Shown one piece after another: positions 1-7,200 of a DNA stretch of 23,976 bases. Source of the stretch: Candidatus Thorarchaeota archaeon (GTDB lineage: Archaea; Asgardarchaeota; Thorarchaeia; Thorarchaeales; Thorarchaeaceae); NCBI GenBank assembly GCA_003345595.1, contig PRDI01000103.1:1-23976 (forward strand). The letters are read 5' to 3'. The notes beneath the pieces are model-generated. The model did no database searches, was not told where the DNA came from, and saw only the letters and a list, made by a program, of their open reading frames with translations. The position numbers and the translations under genes were made by a program. Position 1 is the first letter of the stretch, and every line of letters starts with the position of its first letter.

Positions 1-80
1 TCGAACTTCTTCGCTGCGACTACTATGTCACGTATCGCGTAGGTCAGGTTGGCCGCACGCGCCGTCACCACGTTCTTCAT
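1..80 (-). CDS. 5' fragment of a class I/II PLP-dependent aminotransferase (alanine aminotransferase-like), running off the left edge
   Basis: Not in the ORF track. Reading the minus strand from ATG at 80 gives MKNVVTARAANLTYAIRDIVVAAKKF..., and 'RA..L.YAIRD(I/V)V' is the typical N-terminus of archaeal/bacterial AlaA-type aminotransferases. Confidence 0.7.
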   Translation of the reverse strand, partial: MKNVVTARAANLTYAIRDIVVAAKKF

Positions 81-150
81 TGGAAATACCGCCGCGCCCG
101 GCGTACGAATTGAACAGCTTATTTGGCTATCGGAACGAAACGCAGAATTC

Positions 151-164
151 AGCAGAAAAGAAGC
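151..164 (-). terminator. Possible archaeal T-rich terminator after the roadblock gene
   Basis: The minus strand reads GCTTCTTTTCTGCT about 20 nt after the roadblock stop codon. This is only a pyrimidine tract. Confidence 0.3.
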
Positions 165-182
165 TCGATGTAACTTGTCCTT

Positions 183-572
183 TCACTTGCGGAGCAGCGT
201 TCCGACTTCCTTTGCATACTTCCTCATTTGTGTAACAGCCAAACCCATCGATGTCAAGTCCTTGGCGGCGCCCATCAGAAGGAAATCTCCTGCCTGAGAC
301 AAAACGACAAACCCTTCCTTTCCTCGCACGACAACCTCGTACAGTTCTTCCAACTGAAGTTTGATAGCGGCCATCTCACCTGTCGCTAGTAGGGCGGCGC
401 TCACGGCTGCCATAAGGTCAGGGTCTGTGTCGGACTCTTCAGTTGCGAAATAAGCCAGCTTTACCCCCTGCTTACTCACAACCGCAATTGCATCAAGGTC
501 TGCTAAGTCAGTGAGACCCATCAAGAGCTGTACAAGCTCCTTCTCTTTTCGTGGATCTAGATGGGTTGACAT
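183..572 (-). CDS. Roadblock/LC7 (MglB-like) domain protein
   Basis: 129 aa with the roadblock pattern: 'AIAVVSKQG', 'DPDLMAAVSAALLATGEMAAIKL', 'EVVVRGKEGFVVLSQAG', 'MGLAVTQMRKYAKEV'. GAGGGA RBS-like sequence upstream. Confidence 0.9.
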   Translation of the reverse strand: MSTHLDPRKEKELVQLLMGLTDLADLDAIAVVSKQGVKLAYFATEESDTDPDLMAAVSAALLATGEMAAIKLQLEELYEVVVRGKEGFVVLSQAGDFLLMGAAKDLTSMGLAVTQMRKYAKEVGTLLRK

Positions 573-613
573 CGATTCATCCCTCTGTGTAGTAAGCCTC
601 TCTTGAGTTGCTA

Positions 614-625
614 GGTTAAAATACC
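614..625 (-). promoter_or_regulatory. Candidate TATA box for the roadblock gene
   Basis: The minus strand reads GGTATTTTAACC about 45 nt upstream of the roadblock ATG, an AT-rich island in a GC-richer background. Confidence 0.35.
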
Positions 626-718
626 TTTGTCGCAGATGGGTCGGTCCATTGTTGCTGACGAAACTTCAGGATGTAGCCCAGTACTGAGGCAATCAGAATC
701 GGGAATTGAGCCAGTTAA

Positions 719-1657
719 TCACTTGGCAACGAGCTTCCGCTTCTTCTCGGCTTTCGGTTCGGCAGACTCCTCGGGTGCGCCGGCCTCGAGCTCCGATTTG
801 AAGAAGCTGATGAGGTCTGTCAACCGCTCCTTCATTTCAGTCTTAATCGGGGAGAGCAGCGATTCGGGCGTCCCCTTTAACAGCTCTATGCCCAACACCT
901 TTCGGTCCTTCACGATTACTCGTGGGATGAATCCTTCTGCCATGAATGTGCCTTCTGGGGGGTCTCGCACTTTCTCGAACCGTCGCTCCACTTTCTCGTG
1001 ACCAAAGACGACCACCTTGTGTTCGGCGACTGTGTAGAGCTCATTGTAGACAATCAACAGTTCCCTCTTGTACCCCTCGGGAGTCGGCTCATTCTCAAGT
1101 TCCTTTATCATGTCCTGAAGACTCTCCTGGGTCGCAGAAGGAATTGCTGAAACTCCTGCAGGCCGCGGCTGAGGAGGTGTGGCAGATGCAGGCGTAGGCT
1201 TTGTCACTGGGGGAGGAGGTGCAGCCCTTGCGCTCGGCGCAGGCGCTTGGGGTCTTGGCGATGGTGCAGTGGCAGGCGGCTCAGGTGCAACCTCGGGCGC
1301 TGCAGCTCTGGGCTTAGGAGCTGGCGCCGCCGGCCTCTGAGGGGGAGCCGTTTCGCCGGGCTTTATCACTCGGGTAGCAGCGGTTGATCCATCGAGAGCT
1401 GAGAAGAAGGTAGGTGGCTCCTCTCCTTCTTCAACAGGCCGGACCTTGAAGTGGAATCCATACTCGGTCCTGAGGTTTGTAGCGACTCGGGCTCCCACGA
1501 ACTTGCGTCGTATGTCGGCCCGACTCCCCTTCCAGAGATAGATGCTCTTCGTTTCATCATCAACGACGCAGACAACCTTCGTGGAGTCAAGACCTTCCTT
1601 GGTCAGTTGAACCTCTTGGAGAGTGCCATCTTCAGAAACTTCGTACCCTGTGACCAT
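719..1657 (-). CDS. Single gelsolin-domain protein with Pro/Ala-rich linker and additional C-terminal domain (Asgard 1DGelX-like actin regulator)
   Basis: The N-terminal ~90 aa match the gelsolin fold ('LDSTKVVCVVDDETKSIYLWKGSRADIRRKFVGARVA...VEEGEEPPTFFSAL'). A ~80 aa Pro/Ala-rich linker follows, then a globular domain 'PTPEGYKRELLIV...PEGTFMAEGFIPRVIV'. Start is ATG 1657 or TTG 1663. Confidence 0.85.
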   Translation of the reverse strand: MVTGYEVSEDGTLQEVQLTKEGLDSTKVVCVVDDETKSIYLWKGSRADIRRKFVGARVATNLRTEYGFHFKVRPVEEGEEPPTFFSALDGSTAATRVIKPGETAPPQRPAAPAPKPRAAAPEVAPEPPATAPSPRPQAPAPSARAAPPPPVTKPTPASATPPQPRPAGVSAIPSATQESLQDMIKELENEPTPEGYKRELLIVYNELYTVAEHKVVVFGHEKVERRFEKVRDPPEGTFMAEGFIPRVIVKDRKVLGIELLKGTPESLLSPIKTEMKERLTDLISFFKSELEAGAPEESAEPKAEKKRKLVAK

Positions 1658-1848
1658 GGCCAATCACTACGGTATCGTTTATCCCCGTGCCTTGTGAGCG
1701 CTTTCTACCGACCGTGTCTTGTTGCTGAGACAGGTCTATGTGCGTACCAGCACGTTCAATCGCCCAATTATCCCAACCTGCCATATATCATTGTTGTGTG
1801 TGTGTCGTGAGCACTTTACCATCGGAGGGTCAGTGCGTGACCACCGAA

Positions 1849-2922
1849 TCAGCCACTGCACGGTTCCACGAGGGCTGCGGACTCAGGATCGAAGCGAATA
1901 CTGGCTCGCTGACCGATGGCCCCGCTCAGCTGGCGGACAAGCTCGGAGTCGGTGAGAAGGCTGACCACTTGAGTTCCATCAAAATCCAGGACGACTCTAT
2001 GTGAGCCTATCTGAGGAATGACCGAAAGCACGATGGCTGGGTATCCATTACTCGCCCCTGCATTCGCGACTACAACGTCCTCAGGCTTGACTGTGAAACA
2101 GACTCTCGCGCCCACCTGCCCCTGTCCGCGTACTTCGAACCGGTGTTCTTTGACGCTGACCAGTACCGTGTGCTCGCGCACCTCCTCTATACGGCCCGAA
2201 AACACGTTGCCGCTGCCGAGGAACCTAGCCACGAACTCATTTCGAGGGCTCTCGTAGAGATCCTCAGGTGAGCCTGTCTGAATCACCCGTCCTTCGTTCA
2301 TGACAGCTACTCTGTCCGCAACTGCGAATGCCTCGGTCTGGTTATGAGTCACATAGATAGTCGTTATGGCAAGACTCCTTTGCACTCTTCGTATCTCCAT
2401 TTGCAGGTGCTCCCTTAGCTGCGGATCTAGCGATGAAAGCGGCTCGTCAAGGAGGAGCACCCGAGGCTGCTTGGCCAGCGCTCGGGCAAGCGCAACCCGC
2501 TGAGCCTCTCCTCCGCTGATCTCGTTTATGTGGCGATACAGTAGGCTCCTTATGCGCAATACGTCGGATATCTCCTCCACTCGATACACTACGTCTTCAT
2601 GCTTCCAGCGTGCCATATCAAGTCCAAAGGCGATGTTCTGGAAGACTGTCATGTTGGGAAAGAGTGCAATGGACTGGAAGACCATCCCGATACCCCGTTC
2701 TCTCGGGGGTACCCTCAGGACATTATCTTTATCGAAAAGCAGTGAACCAGCCTGTGGGCGAATGAAGCCAGCAATCATTCTAAGGGTTGTTGTCTTCCCA
2801 GACCCACTGGGTCCTAGAAGTGTGACCAGTTCTCCACGGTCAACAAGAAGGTCAACAGGTCCGATCCGAGTCCCGTCGCTGAACTCCCTCTTCAACCCGC
2901 GCAATTCCATTCTGACGCTCAT
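1849..2922 (-). CDS. thiQ: ABC transporter ATP-binding subunit (thiamine import, PotA/ThiQ-type with C-terminal TOBE)
   Basis: Walker A GPSGSGKT, Q-loop VFQ, signature ISGGE, Walker B LLLDEP and H-loop YVTH. The start was moved to ATG 2922, which overlaps the permease TGA (ATGA). Substrate is inferred from neighbours. Confidence 0.85.
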   Translation of the reverse strand: MSVRMELRGLKREFSDGTRIGPVDLLVDRGELVTLLGPSGSGKTTTLRMIAGFIRPQAGSLLFDKDNVLRVPPRERGIGMVFQSIALFPNMTVFQNIAFGLDMARWKHEDVVYRVEEISDVLRIRSLLYRHINEISGGEAQRVALARALAKQPRVLLLDEPLSSLDPQLREHLQMEIRRVQRSLAITTIYVTHNQTEAFAVADRVAVMNEGRVIQTGSPEDLYESPRNEFVARFLGSGNVFSGRIEEVREHTVLVSVKEHRFEVRGQGQVGARVCFTVKPEDVVVANAGASNGYPAIVLSVIPQIGSHRVVLDFDGTQVVSLLTDSELVRQLSGAIGQRASIRFDPESAALVEPCSG

Positions 2923-4565
2923 AGCGTACCCCCCGAGGAGCCACTTGTCATCCGATCGATTGTGAGAAATGCGACTAGACATGTCACCACCAAGACCAGG
3001 GCTCCAGCTCCAGCCTCCACAAACTTCCTAACACCGAGATTCTGGTATATTGCGACTGCAAGCGTTACATTCTGAGGAAGTGCAATAAACAATGTTGCTG
3101 ACATCTCGCCTATCGCCATGGCGAACGCAAATGCCGCCCCAACAAGAATGCCAGGGGCAAGCAATGGCAGCTCAACAAAGAACAGTTTCTGGAGGCGCGA
3201 GGCACCGAGCAAGTCTGCTTGGTCTAGTAGAGCTGGGTCAATGCTTCTTAATGCAATTTCAATCGATCTGGCGCTGAACGGAAGTCCAATGATTGTCTGA
3301 GCAACGATTATCACAGGCCAAGGATTCGAACTGAGACCCAGAGGCACCACAATTGCGCGCATTAGTCCGTAGGCCAGAGTGATTGCTGAAACCCCTAGCG
3401 GCAGGAGGGCCATAATCGAAGCGAGCGATGCCGCGGGATTCTTACTCCCTCTGTGGGCGAATGCCAATGGAATTCCAAGAGCCACTGCAAACAGAGTAGA
3501 CATGGTCGCATAGAACGCAGAGTTGACGAGTGGCACTAGCCCACCTCCGGTCCCTGCAGAGAGCAGATTCTCAAAGCCGGCCAAGCTGTAACTCCTTGTC
3601 AGAGGATCGTATATGGAGGACCGGACCACGGCCGCAATAGGTCCCGCTACTAGGAAAGCCAGTAGAGCAAGATAGGCCAGTATTAGGACAACTTGGACTC
3701 TGTTAAGATCCCTAAGACCCACCTGTTTCGCGCTGGACGTTGGAGCGATACCTTGTTGCCGCATCCGTCCAAGTCGAACATATGAATAGGCCAGGGACAG
3801 AGTCACCAGAATCTGAATGAGCGCAAGTGAGCTAGCCTCGCCATAATCGAAGTACCTGAAGGCATACCAGATCCTAGCCTCAAGGGTCATGTAGCTCCCT
3901 TGGCCAAGGGCCAAGACGATTGGAAACGAAGTGAAACAGAACAGATATGTCAAGACTGCAGATGCTAGCAAAGAGGGGATGATATGCGGCAGGACAATCC
4001 TGCGGAGATTCTGGAAATGACTTGCACCCAAGAGCTCCGCGCTCTCCTCAACTTCAGGATTGAGCCGTTCTAGAGAAGCAGATACCATCAGCACAACAAG
4101 AGGTATGTTGTAGAACGCATGCGCTAGCACTATTCCTGGCAGACCCGCAGCCAGATTGATCACAGATACGGGGGAACCTGTGATTGCCATCATCAGAGAA
4201 TCCAGAATGCCGAACGCACCAAACATCTGGAGAAATCCGACGACCACGACAATCGGAGGAAGAACAAAAGGGATGATCATTGCCGCCCGAATCACAGACT
4301 TGCCTCTGAATCTAAGACGGACTATCAGGAAAGCGCCAGGCAGCCCAAGCAGCACGGCAAGAGCAGTACTGAGCGCTGCCTGAATGACAGTGAACGTAAA
4401 GGTCCGTTGTGTGACTGGTGAAACCACAACGTCATAGAAGGAAGTCCCTGTACCAGAGAACAGTCCTTGACCGAGGACGTCTGCAACCGGATACACCAAG
4501 AAACACATTAGCAGGACCAGTGGCGAGGCCAGTGCCAAGTGGCCCATCAGTGAATGCCTGTTCAT
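2919..4565 (-). CDS. thiP: ABC transporter permease, double-domain ThiP/FbpB type
   Basis: About 12 hydrophobic segments and two EAA-loop motifs ('EESAELLGAS', 'LDQADLLGAS'), plus 'PFVLP' and 'LAHAFYN'. Start ATG 4565 is preceded by a GAGGGG RBS. Confidence 0.85.
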   Translation of the reverse strand: MNRHSLMGHLALASPLVLLMCFLVYPVADVLGQGLFSGTGTSFYDVVVSPVTQRTFTFTVIQAALSTALAVLLGLPGAFLIVRLRFRGKSVIRAAMIIPFVLPPIVVVVGFLQMFGAFGILDSLMMAITGSPVSVINLAAGLPGIVLAHAFYNIPLVVLMVSASLERLNPEVEESAELLGASHFQNLRRIVLPHIIPSLLASAVLTYLFCFTSFPIVLALGQGSYMTLEARIWYAFRYFDYGEASSLALIQILVTLSLAYSYVRLGRMRQQGIAPTSSAKQVGLRDLNRVQVVLILAYLALLAFLVAGPIAAVVRSSIYDPLTRSYSLAGFENLLSAGTGGGLVPLVNSAFYATMSTLFAVALGIPLAFAHRGSKNPAASLASIMALLPLGVSAITLAYGLMRAIVVPLGLSSNPWPVIIVAQTIIGLPFSARSIEIALRSIDPALLDQADLLGASRLQKLFFVELPLLAPGILVGAAFAFAMAIGEMSATLFIALPQNVTLAVAIYQNLGVRKFVEAGAGALVLVVTCLVAFLTIDRMTSGSSGGTL

Positions 4566-4578
4566 CAATACCCCTCGA

Positions 4579-5712
4579 CTATGAACTGAAGATGATGTCC
4601 CACTCGTCAAGCCAAAGGGTCAGATTTGCGGCAATCTCACTTCGGGGCAGAAGCGCATTGAGGATGTTCACGTCTTCAGCCTGTAGTGCATACGAGTACG
4701 CGGTAGGAAGAGTGACCTCATTATTAACCGGGAACATCCACTGGTTGAGCGCCACGTACGACTGAACCGATGAGGTCAGACAGTAGTCGATGAACGCCTT
4801 AGCCAGTGTTGGATTCGGGCCGTTCTTCACGAGCCCAATCCCTTCGACCTGCATCCATGCGTAGTGACTCCCTGCATTATAGACTGGAGCGACCGCTGCG
4901 TCTGGAGTAGAGTTCGTCGAATAGTACGAGTACGCCGGGTCAGTTCCGTAGCTGACCAAGAACCATTTGGTCGCTTCGGTCGACCAGACTTGCCAGGCGT
5001 CAGTCCACCCAGGAAGGACATCGACATAGCCGTGGACCTGAGACCACCACTGCCGCCAGTCCTGTCCAAGGAGCTTCTCGTAGACTGCGATTTCTGTCAA
5101 AAGAAACGCAAGTCCCGTACTGCTCAGGTGAGGGTCTTCTGTCACAAGAGATGAGGCCATCTCTGTTGTGCCAAGATTGCTGAAGGTGAGATTGGCAACC
5201 TCAGGATGGGTAGTGGCATTGATCTTCGCCATAGAGTAGATGAGTGACACAAGCCCGAAGTCGAACGGAGTCACATAGTGTTCAGGATCAAGCGAAGCGA
5301 TGAGCGAGTCATTGACGAGATTTATGTTTGAGGGAGTATAAGGTTCGAGTACGCTCTGCGAGGGCTCTTGAAGAATGAGTACGTTGTCGATGCCTATCAC
5401 AACATCTGCTACAGGTCGTTCTAATTCAGTTATGAGGCGGGCAATAACACCGTTGGCATCAGTCTGAAGGCGGACTATCTCTATCTCCACATCATACTGT
5501 TGCATGAATGGTCCGAACACTCGACTGTCTATAGTCAGCGGATCATCGCCCCAAGCCATGAAGCTGTCGTATGTGTATACAATGAGCTTGTTCGCGGGTC
5601 CTCTGGGCCATACCCAGACAGTATAGGCTGCTACCGTCACAGTCACAATCACTGCCAAGCCCATGATGACCCGTCTTGGGTCACGTCGGGTCGGGTACTG
5701 GCCTGCCGACAT
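4579..5712 (-). CDS. thiB: Thiamine ABC transporter substrate-binding protein
   Basis: ThiB motifs 'VYTYDSF', 'ADVVIGIDN', 'PFDFG', 'DPHLSSTGLAFL', 'GWTDAW', 'VSYGTDPAY', 'QVEG' and 'NQWMFPV'. N-terminal membrane anchor. Start ATG 5712 follows an AGGTGGAG RBS (GTG 5724 is an alternative). Confidence 0.9.
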   Translation of the reverse strand: MSAGQYPTRRDPRRVIMGLAVIVTVTVAAYTVWVWPRGPANKLIVYTYDSFMAWGDDPLTIDSRVFGPFMQQYDVEIEIVRLQTDANGVIARLITELERPVADVVIGIDNVLILQEPSQSVLEPYTPSNINLVNDSLIASLDPEHYVTPFDFGLVSLIYSMAKINATTHPEVANLTFSNLGTTEMASSLVTEDPHLSSTGLAFLLTEIAVYEKLLGQDWRQWWSQVHGYVDVLPGWTDAWQVWSTEATKWFLVSYGTDPAYSYYSTNSTPDAAVAPVYNAGSHYAWMQVEGIGLVKNGPNPTLAKAFIDYCLTSSVQSYVALNQWMFPVNNEVTLPTAYSYALQAEDVNILNALLPRSEIAANLTLWLDEWDIIFSS

Positions 5713-5727
5713 GAACAACTCCACCTT

Positions 5728-5755
5728 TATATCTCAGTTATACAACTGGTTTATT
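5728..5755. promoter_or_regulatory. Candidate ThiR operator(s) in the divergent thiB/thiR promoter
   Basis: Imperfect palindrome TATATC-TCA-GTTATA (5728-5742), overlapping palindrome CAGTT-ATAC-AACTG (5735-5748) and a degenerate second box TACAAC-TGG-TTTATT (5741-5755). These lie between the regulator and its likely target. Confidence 0.55.
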
Positions 5756-5767
5756 AGATGGACTCGG

Positions 5768-5775
5768 ATATATAG
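5768..5775. promoter_or_regulatory. TATA box (ATATATAG), potentially usable in either direction
   Basis: About 25 nt upstream of the thiR GTG start. It also reads TATATAT on the minus strand towards thiB. Confidence 0.45.
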
Positions 5776-5796
5776 TTTCTGCTGGAGAGTGGCACA

Positions 5797-6750
5797 GTGC
5801 GACCACCTTGTGAACTAGTTCTCAGAGAATTCCTTCCAGTAATCAGAGCTAGAACTGCAGTCGCTCTTAGACAGAGAGGATTATCTCAGAGTGAGATAGC
5901 CGAGCGGCTGGACATCACCCAGGCTGCTGTGAGCAAGTACCTGAGCCACCGTGTGGCTGCAAAGGAAACTGACTTGGGTGATAAGGCCCTCGGGGAAAAA
6001 CTCGCGGACATCATAATCTCAGGCAGCTCCTCCAGCGACCAAGCTGTAAAGGCGGTCTGCACCGCATGTATGTATCTTAGGCTTGGCTCAACCATCTGCG
6101 CTAGGCACAAGCAGACCGTTCCAAAGCTGAAAGAAACAGACTGCCATGTATGTTCTGAATTGCTGGGCGGCCGGGAACAGGGTTTGTCTTCCCGAGCCCA
6201 AGTACTGACCGATATGGAGGCTGCCCTTTCAGTGATACAACAAACTGATGGGTTCGCTCTTGTAATGCCACAGGTCAGAGCAAACCTCGTGGCGTGCGAT
6301 TCCGGTGCGACTTCCGAAGCAGACATTGCAGGCGTCCCTGGAAGGATTACGGTTGTGGATGGCCACGCTGCCGCCTACGGTGGACCCCAATTTGGAGCCT
6401 CCCGACATACAGCTCGTGTTCTTCTCTGGGCAAAGGGCTTGTGGCCGGAAACCAGATCCTGCCTCTGCATCAGCGGGCGAGGAGATATCGTCAATGCGGC
6501 GGAAGAAATGGGATTCACTGTGTACAAGATGAGGGAACCGGCCAGTAATGCAGAAACCATTGCTGAATCAGCGACGCAGATGGTGAAGAGCATGAGGAAG
6601 AGGGCGGCGTTGCCAGCGCTCCACGTACCAGGAGGAATTGGGGTCGAACCCATACTGTACCTGTTTGACAAGGGCGCCTTGACTCTTGCCGCACGATGCA
6701 GCAGAATATGTGAAGCAATTCAAGGCGACGCCGCCAGTCGGGCACCCTGA
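5797..6750 (+). CDS. thiR: Thiamine-responsive transcriptional regulator (HTH plus ThiN/thiamine-phosphate-synthase-like domain)
   Basis: N-terminal 'PCE...LPVIRA...GLSQSEIAERLDITQAAVSKYL' HTH, then a Cys/His cluster. The ThiN-like domain has 'MPQVRANL', 'DIAGVPGRI', 'PQFGASRHTARVLL' and 'GGIGVEPILYLF'. Divergent from thiBPQ. Confidence 0.88.
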   Translation: MRPPCELVLREFLPVIRARTAVALRQRGLSQSEIAERLDITQAAVSKYLSHRVAAKETDLGDKALGEKLADIIISGSSSSDQAVKAVCTACMYLRLGSTICARHKQTVPKLKETDCHVCSELLGGREQGLSSRAQVLTDMEAALSVIQQTDGFALVMPQVRANLVACDSGATSEADIAGVPGRITVVDGHAAAYGGPQFGASRHTARVLLWAKGLWPETRSCLCISGRGDIVNAAEEMGFTVYKMREPASNAETIAESATQMVKSMRKRAALPALHVPGGIGVEPILYLFDKGALTLAARCSRICEAIQGDAASRAP

Positions 6751-6784
6751 GGATCGTGCATGCTCTTATACTGCTAACCCTGCA

Positions 6785-7005
6785 AGATGATTGGCAATCA
6801 TCTGATTTCAGGCGTGTTTGTAGTTGCGGCAACGCCTCAAGGGGCTGTGGCGGGAGAGAGAAAGAATGGCAATTGCCTCGTCAGATTGCCAATCCGATGC
6901 GTGATTGGCTTTCGAGTTGGGATTGCCACGCAAGTCATGTAGTCAACTTCCCCAGTGTGCGGTCATGTCTTGGCACAATATTGTTATCTGGGATAGGATC
7001 TATCC
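6785..7005. repeat. Cluster of short inverted repeats in the thiR 3' intergenic region
   Basis: AGATGATTG-G-CAATCATCT (6785-6803), GTTGC-G-GCAAC (6823-6833), GGCAATTGCC (6868-6877), GATTG-C-CAATC (6884-6894), ACAATATTGT (6975-6984) and GGATAG-GAT-CTATCC (6991-7005). Confidence 0.6.
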
Positions 7006-7200
7006 TTCCTGGGACTATAGTAGTTTCGACATCAAGTAGGAATCTCCTGACAGATTAGCGAATGCATAGGCTGAATACAAGGAATCAGTCAGACAGAAAC
7101 CAGCGATAGTCTGCAAAGAGCGGAGGGCACGGATGAAGATGGGTGATGATGATTGAAATGTCTGCGAACGAAGAGAGAAGACAGTGGGGCGGCACACTCG

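Noticed and set aside
5713-5796. TPP riboswitch upstream of thiB
   Set aside because: A CTGAGA hexamer is present on the minus strand, but the region is short and AT-rich and lacks the rest of the aptamer. The adjacent ThiR explains regulation.
6756-7058. 100 aa plus-strand ORF after thiR
   Set aside because: No recognisable motif or RBS and atypical composition. Treated as non-coding, though not formally excluded.
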